Positions 28,633 to 37,860 of a stretch of DNA of 64,000 nt are shown here, one piece after another. Under the pieces are notes generated by a model. That model was not told the origin of the DNA. It saw only the letters and a list, made by a program, of their open reading frames with translations, and ran no database searches. The first letter of the stretch is position 1. Each line of letters opens with the position of its first letter. Both the position numbers and the translations under genes were made by a program. Source of the DNA: an uncultured Bacilli bacterium (GTDB lineage Bacteria > Bacillota_I > Bacilli_A > RF39 > UBA660); the NCBI GenBank assembly GCA_934096275.1, contig CAKOLK010000001.1, forward strand, positions 79,876-143,875, given 5' to 3'.

Positions 28633-30402
28633 CTATTTATAATAATTTTTTGTCTTCATATTAGCTTCTAGTTCTTTTGATAAAACAAGATCACCAATTT
28701 TACTATGTGATAAGTCTAAATTATCTACGTTTTCTAAACCATCAAGAATTAGAGAATTTCCAATTTCTTTAGGTAATACTAAGTCTTTGGCACTAGTTAA
28801 ACCTTCCATAGATAAATCACCACTTATTTTTTCAGGTAAAACTAAACCTTTAGCATTTTCTAATCTATCTAAATATAAACTTCCATTTATTTCTTTTGGT
28901 AATACTAATCCTTCAGTAGTAGTTAATCCATCTAAATATAAGGTATAATTTATTTTTTCAGGAAACTTTAAACCTATAGCACTTGTTACATAAGCTAAGT
29001 CTAAGTATTCTCCGATTTCCTTTGGTAAAACTAAACCTTTAGTAGTCTTCAAACGACTTAAATCCAATACTTTACCCACTTTCTTTGGTAAAACTACATC
29101 CTCAGCACTTTCTAAGAAACTTAAAACCAAATTTCCTTCAACTTCTTTTGGAAAAACTATTCCTTTAGCATTAGTAATAAAACGCAAGTTCAAATCTCCT
29201 TCCATTTTTTCTTCAAAATCAAACATTGTCTTTAAATCATCAGCAAGATTTCTATTTTCACGTATTTCTATCATTCTTGGATCTTCTTTATAACCAAATA
29301 AAGTAATTTTTCCATCTACTTCATATATAAACTTTAAATCATCTTTAGTTAATTCTTTATTTAATTCATATTTAGTATAGATATAAGTAAGCATTTTAAC
29401 ATTATTTATTCTCTTTTTATATATTTCTTTATCCCCAAACTCATCTAATTTTTTATCTAATACACCTTCTAAATGAGGCTCTATATTTTGATTTTGTCCT
29501 ACCCCGATTATTTCATCAATTCTTGTTTTGTTATCCATTCTTATTGCTAAACGCGGCACTTTATAATCTTCATTATTATCTTTAGTATAATAAATATAAA
29601 AATCCCCATTTTTTAATTGAGACTTACACATTGCTTCACTTGCAAAAGACCAACATGTATTATATCCTTGAAGAGATTCATATAAACTCTTATAATCATC
29701 TTTCTGATCATACTTAATCCATACTCCCTCGATATCTTGCTCATTATATAGTTTTTCTTTCTTTTGTTTTAATAATGCAAGATAAAGTTTTGCAAAACTA
29801 CCAGACTTAATTATATCTTCTAAGGTATTGTCATCAATTACTTCATTGTGTACTTCCTTAAGTATAAGATCTATTGATTTAGTAAATGATTCAACATTAA
29901 GTTCTATGAATGGTTCAACTGTATCATCATCTCTTTTTTCATATTCTTCTTTATCACTATCATATGCTCCAATACTTAACATACCTTTAAATGCCCAATA
30001 CTTAGTCCACCATGGATAAAACTTTGCATCCTCACTTGTTAAATAATCTATCCAAACCGAAAGCGATTTTTTTTGATCATCAATAATTATTCGTTTATAT
30101 TCTTCTAATTTTTCTATATCTAAATGATGTCCAGTTTTATCAAAAGTTTTTCTATCTAAATAATCTATATAACTTTGTGGTATATCTTTTATTACATATT
30201 TATCAAAGTACGCTTGTTTTAATAAGTCAAGTTTATTATCCTCGACTGCTTTGTTATGTATTCTTTCTTCCCTATCTAAATATTTTTTAATTTTTTCTAA
30301 GTTTTCATCATTTTCAGAAGATGAATGAATTACACTTTTTTTCATATGCAAATCACTATCTAATTTTGATAAAAACTTTTCTCCTTCATAATTATAATCC
30401 AT
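28633..30402 (-). CDS. hypothetical protein with a possible PcfJ-like central region and 8 tandem 21-residue LRR-like repeats at the C-terminus
   Basis: Start at MDYNYEGEK (30402) after a GAGGTGG RBS. The C-terminal 187 aa consist of 21 aa units LxLxxLxxAxGLVLPKEIxGx (63 bp period, about 28690-29196). Confidence 0.6.
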   Translation of the reverse strand: MDYNYEGEKFLSKLDSDLHMKKSVIHSSSENDENLEKIKKYLDREERIHNKAVEDNKLDLLKQAYFDKYVIKDIPQSYIDYLDRKTFDKTGHHLDIEKLEEYKRIIIDDQKKSLSVWIDYLTSEDAKFYPWWTKYWAFKGMLSIGAYDSDKEEYEKRDDDTVEPFIELNVESFTKSIDLILKEVHNEVIDDNTLEDIIKSGSFAKLYLALLKQKKEKLYNEQDIEGVWIKYDQKDDYKSLYESLQGYNTCWSFASEAMCKSQLKNGDFYIYYTKDNNEDYKVPRLAIRMDNKTRIDEIIGVGQNQNIEPHLEGVLDKKLDEFGDKEIYKKRINNVKMLTYIYTKYELNKELTKDDLKFIYEVDGKITLFGYKEDPRMIEIRENRNLADDLKTMFDFEEKMEGDLNLRFITNAKGIVFPKEVEGNLVLSFLESAEDVVLPKKVGKVLDLSRLKTTKGLVLPKEIGEYLDLAYVTSAIGLKFPEKINYTLYLDGLTTTEGLVLPKEINGSLYLDRLENAKGLVLPEKISGDLSMEGLTSAKDLVLPKEIGNSLILDGLENVDNLDLSHSKIGDLVLSKELEANMKTKNYYK

Positions 30403-30514
30403 TTTTTCCACCTCTTCTTTATATCCTAAGTATATAGTAATTAATAGAATAAAGCAACAAAATACCAAAAAATAATAAAAATAAAAATAATATATAAAAA
30501 CTTATATATTATTA

Positions 30515-30680
30515 TAAAAAAACCAGGGTTACACTAGACGAAAAACCTGTTTAATTACAGGTGGGTATCATAGATTATTCTTTAGGATCTTTATCAATGA
30601 TAAATATTCAACACCGAATAATATTTTGACTCCCTTATCGTTGCTTGTACGGTTTTTACAATTCTGTATCCTCTGGTAAT
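30515..30680 (-). ncRNA. candidate structured small RNA (6S-like rod) with its own promoter and terminal T-run
   Basis: G+C-enriched intergenic segment. The 5' ACCAGAGGAUACA pairs with the 3' UGUAACCCUGGU, followed by U7. Internal pairing AUUAUUC/GAAUAAU and hairpin ACCUGU-AAUUAA-ACAGGU. TGATATATT extended -10 just upstream. No ORF. Confidence 0.4.
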
Positions 30681-30720
30681 ACTAATATATCATATTAATG
30701 ATAAGAAGTAAATAACATAG

Positions 30721-30746
30721 AAAAAACTTTACACCGTTGTGTAAAG
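30721..30746 (-). terminator. rho-independent terminator of the hisS-ttcA unit
   Basis: Stem CTTTACAC/GTGTAAAG with loop CGTT, then T6 on the minus strand, immediately after the ttcA-like stop. Confidence 0.7.
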
Positions 30747-31541
30747 TTAATACTCATCCATAAATGAAACTTTTTTATCTTTAGTTTTATATCCTAGAAT
30801 AGCATCTAAATTAACATTAGAACTACTTCTTAAGATATGTATATCTACATTCTTATCAATTTTTCTTAAGTTACTTATTAATTCTTTTATTTCACGTCTT
30901 TTTCCAACATGTTTTTTAGTAACTGTACATGCACAATCTAGAAATGATAACTCACAATAATTTTTCCATGATATAATATCACTTTCTTTAACATAATAAA
31001 GTGGTCTAATTAGTTCCATATCAGAAAAATTAGTACTCTTTAGTTTAGGCATCATTGCCTTATATTCACCAGCATAAATAATATTAAGTAAAATAGTTTC
31101 AATAGCATCATCAAAATGATGTCCAAGTGCTATTTTATTACATCCTAATTCTTTAGCTTTAGCGTATAAAAAACCTCTTCTTTTTCTAGCACATAAGTAA
31201 CACATAGATGTAGAATCTTTTATCTCATTAAAAATATTGCTATCATATATAGTGGCATCAATCTTTAATTTCTTTAAGTTCTCTTTAATTAAATCAAGAT
31301 TTTTCTTTTCATAACCAGGATCCATTACAATAAACTCTAAATCAAAATTGTATTTACTATGTTTTTTTAACTCTTGCATACACTTTGCAAGAAGAAAAGA
31401 GTCCTTTCCTCCGGATATACAAACAGCAATTTTATCACCATCCGATACCATTTCAAACTCCTTTACTCCATGTAAAAACCTTCCAAATATTTTACTTTTA
31501 TATTTTTTAATTATGCTTCTTTCAATATCTTTTACATCCAT
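30747..31541 (-). CDS. TtcA-family PP-loop tRNA thiolation ATPase
   Basis: SGGKDS PP-loop plus Cys clusters CYLCARKRRG and CACTVTKK. Confidence 0.8.
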   Translation of the reverse strand: MDVKDIERSIIKKYKSKIFGRFLHGVKEFEMVSDGDKIAVCISGGKDSFLLAKCMQELKKHSKYNFDLEFIVMDPGYEKKNLDLIKENLKKLKIDATIYDSNIFNEIKDSTSMCYLCARKRRGFLYAKAKELGCNKIALGHHFDDAIETILLNIIYAGEYKAMMPKLKSTNFSDMELIRPLYYVKESDIISWKNYCELSFLDCACTVTKKHVGKRREIKELISNLRKIDKNVDIHILRSSSNVNLDAILGYKTKDKKVSFMDEY

Positions 31542-32881
31542 TATTTATCACAATCGCAATCACATTCATGATCATGAGAACATCCACAGTCACAATCCTC
31601 ATTATCCATAAAAGCATCAAATAAATAAGTAATTATCATCTCATTAGCAACTTGTTCTTCTTCTTTAGTTTGCATATTTCTAACAGTTAAATAATCTTCC
31701 TCTAATTCCTTTTCTCCAATTATAATAGCAAACTTAGCATTTAATCTTTCAGCTTGTTTAAAATTAGACTTAATACTACGATTTAAATAATCAATATCAG
31801 ATTTTATACCAAGTATTCTAAGAGCACCAAGTAATGCAAATGAAAACTCTTTTTGTTCTTCACCCATAGGCATAATATAACAATCAATAGAGTCGTCATC
31901 TGTTAAAGAGATTTCTTCGAACTCAAGCGCAGTAAGTAGACGTTCTATTCCAATAGCAAAACCTACTCCTGGTGTATCTGGTCCTCCGAGTGTTTTAACT
32001 AAATTGTCATATCTTCCTCCACCACACATAACGTTTTGACTACCAAATCCTTCGACAGAGGCTTCTATTTCAAATACAGTATGAGTATAATAATCAAGTC
32101 CTCTTACTATGCTTGTATCAATATTATATTCTATTTCTAAAGCATCAAGATACTTTAATACTTTTTCAAAATGTTCTTTACTAGATTCATTTAAATAATC
32201 AATAGTTTTAGGTACATTTTTTAATACTTCATTATCTCCATCTACTTTACAATCAAGTATTCTAAGAGGATTCTTTTCGAATCTTTTCTTGCAATCATCA
32301 CATAACCCGTCAATGTGAGGTCTTAAATAATCAAGTAAAGCATTACGATAAAGTTCACGTGATTCATTGTCTCCTAATGTATTAATATTTACTTTTATTC
32401 CTTTAAGTCCTAACATCTTAAATAATGTAGTTGCTACACTAATTACTTCAGCATCTAGCATTGGATCATTACTACCTAATGCTTCAATACCAAATTGTTG
32501 AAACTCTCTATATCTTCCTGACTGAGGTCTTTCATAACGATACATTGGTCCAAAGTACCAAAATTTCTTAGGTACGCTTGCATCATTTGACATTTTATTT
32601 TCAATATAGCTTCTTATGACTCCTGCTGTACCTTCTGGGCGAAGTGTCATATTACGATCTCCACGATCAACAAAATCATATGTTTCTTTTGTTACTATAT
32701 CAGTAGTGTCTCCGACTCCTCTATGGAAAAGTTCTGAAGATTCAAAAAGTGGTGTTTTAATATACTCATAATTAAACTTATCCATCAATTCTTCGATAAA
32801 GTTTCTTATCGCTACTGTTTCTTTTCCTTTTTTTCCATATAAATCATATGTTCCTTTTGGTTTAGTTATCATTTTTATCAC
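31541..32881 (-). CDS. hisS: histidyl-tRNA synthetase with a Cys/His/Asp-rich C-terminal tail
   Basis: Class II motifs (LRPEGTAG, YRYERPQSGRYREF, GGGRYD). The extra tail is NEDCDCGCSHDHECDCDCDK. Confidence 0.93.
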   Translation of the reverse strand: MIKMITKPKGTYDLYGKKGKETVAIRNFIEELMDKFNYEYIKTPLFESSELFHRGVGDTTDIVTKETYDFVDRGDRNMTLRPEGTAGVIRSYIENKMSNDASVPKKFWYFGPMYRYERPQSGRYREFQQFGIEALGSNDPMLDAEVISVATTLFKMLGLKGIKVNINTLGDNESRELYRNALLDYLRPHIDGLCDDCKKRFEKNPLRILDCKVDGDNEVLKNVPKTIDYLNESSKEHFEKVLKYLDALEIEYNIDTSIVRGLDYYTHTVFEIEASVEGFGSQNVMCGGGRYDNLVKTLGGPDTPGVGFAIGIERLLTALEFEEISLTDDDSIDCYIMPMGEEQKEFSFALLGALRILGIKSDIDYLNRSIKSNFKQAERLNAKFAIIIGEKELEEDYLTVRNMQTKEEEQVANEMIITYLFDAFMDNEDCDCGCSHDHECDCDCDK

Positions 32882-32930
32882 TCCTTGTATAATATATTAC
32901 AATATTTTTTATAAAATATAAAGCAAGATT

Positions 32931-33398
32931 TTAATTTTCTTGCTTAATTTCTTTTTTTATTAGTCTTTGATACTCTTCTTCGTAGTCATGAGTATTTGAA
33001 AGATACTGTTTATTATTTTCCACTGTTATTAATGTGTTGAACAATCCAAGTGCAGTAATAAAAGTACTTTTATAGCCCCATAATGATGGATTAGCATAAT
33101 TTTTTCCTTTAATCTTTTTACTAACTTCAAAGAAGCCTTTAAGAATGTAAGATAGTTTCTTATCGTTATTAATATCAAGTTCTAGGAGTCTGTCTTCTAC
33201 TGAAGAAATAAAAGTAATTAAAGGATACTTCTTATCTTCTCCATAAATACTATGGAATGTTTCTTCTGAGTATACAAATGGTTTAGTATTTTGATGATAT
33301 ACTAAGTAGTTAATATTACCTATCATATCTTTTTGCTTTTCTGCATATATAAACTCTAAATCATTTCTATTTATAATCATTTTCTTTATTGTTGACAT
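32931..33398 (-). CDS. hypothetical protein
   Basis: 155 aa ORF with no recognisable motif. Confidence 0.4.
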   Translation of the reverse strand: MSTIKKMIINRNDLEFIYAEKQKDMIGNINYLVYHQNTKPFVYSEETFHSIYGEDKKYPLITFISSVEDRLLELDINNDKKLSYILKGFFEVSKKIKGKNYANPSLWGYKSTFITALGLFNTLITVENNKQYLSNTHDYEEEYQRLIKKEIKQEN

Positions 33399-33459
33399 AC
33401 CATCATCCCCTAAGATGTAAATATTATATAATAAAAGTGCTTAAAAGTAAAGAAATATC

Positions 33460-33837
33460 TTACTTTTTAGACAAAGAATAAATTCTTTCTATGACGTCTG
33501 ATGAATTATATTTATCATAAAAAGGTGCATTATTGATTTCGGGAATATCAAACATGTCCCAATACTTTAATTTTATGTGATATGTTGCAATACCCTCTGG
33601 TGTATTCATACCTGCTATAAAGCTGTCATCACACATAGGATCATTTTCTTCATCAAAGTGTTTTTTACTTTTCCATAAAATATCTGGAAATAAGTTGCAA
33701 AGTATACAGAATAGAACAATTCTATGATGATATAGTTCTTTGAAGGTATGATGTCCATCACTTATATCTTTAACATCAAAAGTTTTATCTAACTTGCTAA
33801 TCTTTATGATATTGTTTATTTCTTCTAAAGAATACAT
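33460..33837 (-). CDS. hypothetical protein (DGHHTF..LY.HR motif, phage-associated type)
   Basis: 125 aa. The SDGHHTFKELYHHR motif recalls small proteins I have seen in phage/accessory contexts (from memory). Confidence 0.4.
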   Translation of the reverse strand: MYSLEEINNIIKISKLDKTFDVKDISDGHHTFKELYHHRIVLFCILCNLFPDILWKSKKHFDEENDPMCDDSFIAGMNTPEGIATYHIKLKYWDMFDIPEINNAPFYDKYNSSDVIERIYSLSKK

Positions 33838-33928
33838 AGTATCACTTCCTAAATTGTTAAATATTATATAATATGAAATATAAAATGCAAATAAAAAAAC
33901 TAACTACTTCTAGTTAGTAATATTCATA

Positions 33929-34013
33929 TGGTGCGGGTAAAGGGACTTGAACCCCCATGGATCACTCCGCTAGATCCTAAGTCTAGTGCGTCTGCCAATT
34001 CCGCCATACCCGC
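33929..34013 (-). tRNA. tRNA-Leu (anticodon UAG), type II with long variable arm, CCA encoded
   Basis: The reverse complement folds as a cloverleaf. Anticodon stem CTAGA/TCTAG with loop CTTAGGA. T-loop GGTTCAAGTCC. Confidence 0.9.
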
Positions 34014-34016
34014 GTA

Positions 34017-34093
34017 TGGTGGACCCTGTAGGGCTCGAACCTACGACCTCCCGGTTATGAGCCGGATGCTCTAACCAACTGAGCTAAGGGTCC
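34017..34093 (-). tRNA. tRNA with CAU anticodon, most like tRNA-Ile2 (lysidine) rather than elongator Met; CCA encoded
   Basis: GGACCCTTAGCTCAGTTGGTTAGAGC 5' half (Ile-like). Anticodon loop CTCATAA. T-loop GGTTCGAGCCC. Confidence 0.85.
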
Positions 34094-34191
34094 ATTGCTT
34101 ATTAATAATATCATATTATTTTTAATAAATCAATATGTTTTAAAATTTTTTTAATTTTTTTGCAAAAATGTTTAATACAAAAGAAATAGAA

Positions 34192-34340
34192 CTACTCTAT
34201 TCCCTTCTTTAAGTTTTCTTCTTCCTCGATAGATAAATTAGTACATCTAGAAATAATACTTATGTCAAGTCCTTCTTGAAGCATCTTTTTAACAGTTTCT
34301 TTTTTTTCACAAAGATTTTTTCCTTTGCAAACTCACTATA
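34192..34340 (-). pseudogene. remnant of the C-terminus of an Rpn/PD-(D/E)XK-type putative transposase
   Basis: Minus-strand translation ..KGKNLCEKKETVKKMLQEGLDISIISRCTNLSIEEEENLKKGIE* matches the characteristic tail of that family. No start codon and no N-terminal nuclease domain. Confidence 0.4.
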
Positions 34341-34507
34341 ACCATATAAAAATACCTGTCAAACGACCAATTTTAAGATTTCATCATATAAAAAAAACCA
34401 ATTTTTAAAATTGATTCAATTATTTTAATTATAAGTATCAAAAATATATTATAACTATATTTTTTGAAATGTCTATTTTATATAGAATTGCACTTTTTTT
34501 AAATTTT

Positions 34508-35188
34508 TTACTTTCTTATTTCAAAGTAATTACCTGAATCTAGATATAAAGTTCCTTTTTTACCTTCAACCTTGGTTATTGCTTCATTATATTTATTTAA
34601 AAGATTCATTTTAGTTAGTGTCACATATACATAATTATCATCATTCATATACAATAAGAATCTATCTTCATCATATTTGTTTGGATCATATTTTATTTCT
34701 GATATTTTATATAGTACTTCTTTGTCTATTTTATTTAGTTTATCTATTAATGTATTATATTTAGTATCAGGTACATAGTTTATCAGATATGGAACATTTA
34801 ATAATTCTTTATCATAGTCTATTTCTTTTTTGTTTTCAAATACTATTTTTTTAGTATCTAGTCTTATAAAAAGTATTTTATTTTCTGTTATATCTATTGT
34901 TATTTTATTGAATAGTCCTTTGTATACTTTACAATCTTTTATATAAGGATTCTTCATTAAGTCTTTTTTTATTTTAAAAGTATTTGTCTTATAATAATTA
35001 GGATATTCTTTTAAGTTTGCTATTTCTATTATTTGTTTATCTGTTAAAATGTTATTGTTTTTGATATAGATATTTTTTATTCTTATATCTAGTATATAGC
35101 ATGGAAAAATATATAGTATAAATACTAATACTAATATTATGAATAATGTTTTAAATATTTTATTAACCCTTCTTTTCTTTTTTGCCAT
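34508..35188 (-). CDS. divIB: cell division protein DivIB/FtsQ (POTRA)
   Basis: Basic N-terminus, single TM, then a POTRA-like region. Position after murB. Confidence 0.75.
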   Translation of the reverse strand: MAKKKRRVNKIFKTLFIILVLVFILYIFPCYILDIRIKNIYIKNNNILTDKQIIEIANLKEYPNYYKTNTFKIKKDLMKNPYIKDCKVYKGLFNKITIDITENKILFIRLDTKKIVFENKKEIDYDKELLNVPYLINYVPDTKYNTLIDKLNKIDKEVLYKISEIKYDPNKYDEDRFLLYMNDDNYVYVTLTKMNLLNKYNEAITKVEGKKGTLYLDSGNYFEIRK

Positions 35189-35191
35189 ATA

Positions 35192-36091
35192 TTACTCCCA
35201 ATTAAATAGTTCTTGTTCAATAAGCAAGTCTACTTTATATTGCTTTTTTACTTTGTTTTTTGCCAGATCCATAAGATATTTTATGTCTTTACTTTTAGCA
35301 TGGTCTTTATTTACTATGAAATTAGCATGTTTATCGCTTATTTGAGCATCTCCTCGTTTTTTGCCTTTTAGTCCACAGTTTTCTATTAAAGCACCAGCAT
35401 ACATGTTTTCTGGATTTCTAAATACAGAGCCTGCGGATGGATATTCAAGTGGTTGTGTGCTTGCACGTCTTCTCATTCTATCTGATAAAAGGTCTATTAT
35501 TTCTTCTTTGTCTCCTTTTTTTAATACTAATTTAGCGCTTAGTATCACCCAAGGTTTTTCTTTGAATATTGATGTCCTATAACCTAATTTCATATGTTCT
35601 TTTTTAATTGTTTTTATATTGTTTCTTTCATCTAAGTATGTTACTTCTTGTAGTGAATCTCCGATTGCCTCAAGATAGGCACCAGCATTCATATATATTG
35701 CTCCACCAAGTGTTCCTGGTATACCACAGGCAAAGTCTAAGCCATAATAACCCATTTTTGAGTATTTATTAGCAACTTGAATCATATTACATCCTGCTTC
35801 AACATAAAGGTTTCCATCATCAAAGTTTTGATTATTTAGTTTATTTAGTTTTATTATTACACCATCATAGTCATTATCACTTGCAAGAATATTTGAGCCA
35901 TTTCCAAATATTTTGAATGGTATGTTTTTTAGTTTTAAATAATCAAGTAATCTTTTTAAATGTTTTACATCGTTTGGAAACACTACATATTTAGCAGTAC
36001 CTCCGGTTTTATATGTAGTAAGTACTTTAAAAGATATGTCCTCTTTGAAGTCATAATTATTGTCTATTAAAAATTGTTTAACATTTTGCAT
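35192..36091 (-). CDS. murB: UDP-N-acetylenolpyruvoylglucosamine reductase
   Basis: FAD-binding GNGSNIL and the C-terminal PSAGSVFRNP, GDAQISDKHANFIVN motifs. Confidence 0.95.
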   Translation of the reverse strand: MQNVKQFLIDNNYDFKEDISFKVLTTYKTGGTAKYVVFPNDVKHLKRLLDYLKLKNIPFKIFGNGSNILASDNDYDGVIIKLNKLNNQNFDDGNLYVEAGCNMIQVANKYSKMGYYGLDFACGIPGTLGGAIYMNAGAYLEAIGDSLQEVTYLDERNNIKTIKKEHMKLGYRTSIFKEKPWVILSAKLVLKKGDKEEIIDLLSDRMRRRASTQPLEYPSAGSVFRNPENMYAGALIENCGLKGKKRGDAQISDKHANFIVNKDHAKSKDIKYLMDLAKNKVKKQYKVDLLIEQELFNWE

Positions 36092-36099
36092 GTTATCAC

Positions 36100-37173
36100 C
36101 TACTTAACTAATTTTTCTATTTGTTTATAGATTCTAGTAGCAGAATCAGTAACTCCCATTTTTTTGCAATTAGTTTTTATTTTTTCTATTTTTTTATCAT
36201 CGTTTAATAATTCATCCATCATACTAATAAATCTATCTTCGTCAAAATCTTTTTCTCTTATTACATATGCTGCATTATTTTTTTCTAAGTCTTGGGCATT
36301 TATTTCTTGATGATTATTTGCAACATAAGGAGATGGAATAAGTATAGAAGCTAATCCTAGTGATGTAATTTCAGATATTATAGTAGCTCCCGCTCTAGAG
36401 ACTATTAAGTCTGTTACTTTTAATAGTTCATTCATATTATCTATATATGGTTTTAGTATAACATTTTTAGGCATTTGTTCTTTTTGTAATTCTTCATAGT
36501 TATTTTTTCCTGTTATGAATAAAACTTCATAGTCTTTATCTTTTATTTTTGGTAATAGTTTTACTATTTTATTATTTATTATAGTTGAACCTAGTGATCC
36601 TGTTGTAATGACTACTAATTTTTTATTTTTTGTAAGACCTAGTTTTGTCTTATCTAATTTATTTCCTTTTAAGATTTCTTCTCCTCGTGGATTACCAGTA
36701 AATACAACGTTTTTATGATTAAAGTATTTTTCTGATGATTTCATTGATATACATATAGTATCTGCATATTTAGATAGTGTTAGATTGGCTTTTCCTGGTA
36801 TACTATTTTGTTCATGAATAAGTATTTTTATTTTAAGAGAATGTGCTGCCATTAATACTGGTGTTGTAACATATCCTCCGACTCCGATTACTATATCTGG
36901 TTTAAATTCTTTCATTATTTTTTTACATTTATTATAAGATATAAAAGTATTGGTTACAAACTTAGTTAGTTTTACAATGTTTTTAGATACTCCATTTGTT
37001 TTTATTCCAATATATTTTATGCCTAAACTAGGTATAATGTCACGTTCCATTCTATCTGTTGTACCAATATATAGTATTTCACTTGATTGGTCCATTTCTT
37101 TTATTTTATTTATAATTGAGATGGCAGGATATATATGACCTCCTGTGCCACCAGCACTAATAATTACTCTCAT
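36100..37173 (-). CDS. murG: undecaprenyl-PP-MurNAc-pentapeptide GlcNAc transferase
   Basis: GGTGGHIYPA N-terminal motif and SRAGATIISE. Confidence 0.95.
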   Translation of the reverse strand: MRVIISAGGTGGHIYPAISIINKIKEMDQSSEILYIGTTDRMERDIIPSLGIKYIGIKTNGVSKNIVKLTKFVTNTFISYNKCKKIMKEFKPDIVIGVGGYVTTPVLMAAHSLKIKILIHEQNSIPGKANLTLSKYADTICISMKSSEKYFNHKNVVFTGNPRGEEILKGNKLDKTKLGLTKNKKLVVITTGSLGSTIINNKIVKLLPKIKDKDYEVLFITGKNNYEELQKEQMPKNVILKPYIDNMNELLKVTDLIVSRAGATIISEITSLGLASILIPSPYVANNHQEINAQDLEKNNAAYVIREKDFDEDRFISMMDELLNDDKKIEKIKTNCKKMGVTDSATRIYKQIEKLVK

Positions 37174-37223
37174 ATTCGTTCCTCCTTAATCATTATATCA
37201 AATATCTACTGTTTATTAAAGAT

Positions 37224-37823
37224 TTATTCGTCTATTTTTCTAATTGAGTACTTACATCCACAGTAATCTTGTCTATAAAGATCATATTTTTTAGATAGTT
37301 CAATTGATTTTTTATACCCATCTTTTTTCTTAAAGTCAGAGTATAAGTATTTAACATTGTATTGTTCTTCGAGTGACTTACCTATTTCATTTAATACTTT
37401 ACTACTTTTATAAGGGCTTACTGATAGTGTTGTTGTAAAGTAGTCATAGTTATTTTCTTTAGCATAAATACAAGTTTTTTCCATTCGATAGAAATAGCAT
37501 AAATGGCATCTTGTACCTCCTTCTAAATCATTTTCATGTCCTTTTATATAGGTATAATAGTCTTCATCATCATAAGGAGTTTCTACTATGTCTATTTTAT
37601 TATTATTCATTTCATTTATTAGTTTTATTTGTTCTTTTAGTCTTTTATTATATTCTTCATTTGGATAAATATTAGGATTATAAAAGTATACTGTTATATC
37701 AAAATAATCTGTTAAAGCACTTAGTACATAACTACTACAAGGACCACAGCAACTATGTAGTAATAGTTTTGGTCTATAGCTTAAGTTTTTAATTATTTCT
37801 TCCATTTCTAATTGGTAATTCAT
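37224..37823 (-). CDS. queH: epoxyqueuosine reductase QueH (DUF208)
   Basis: HSCCGPCS and CGC Cys motifs. About 200 aa. Confidence 0.85.
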   Translation of the reverse strand: MNYQLEMEEIIKNLSYRPKLLLHSCCGPCSSYVLSALTDYFDITVYFYNPNIYPNEEYNKRLKEQIKLINEMNNNKIDIVETPYDDEDYYTYIKGHENDLEGGTRCHLCYFYRMEKTCIYAKENNYDYFTTTLSVSPYKSSKVLNEIGKSLEEQYNVKYLYSDFKKKDGYKKSIELSKKYDLYRQDYCGCKYSIRKIDE

Positions 37824-37860
37824 AGTATTTCTCCTTTCATAACAAATAGCACCAAAAGTG

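Noticed and set aside
32882-32930. Expected T-box leader upstream of hisS
   Set aside because: Only about 49 bp of AT-rich spacer are present. There is no T-box motif or terminator/antiterminator, so none is called.
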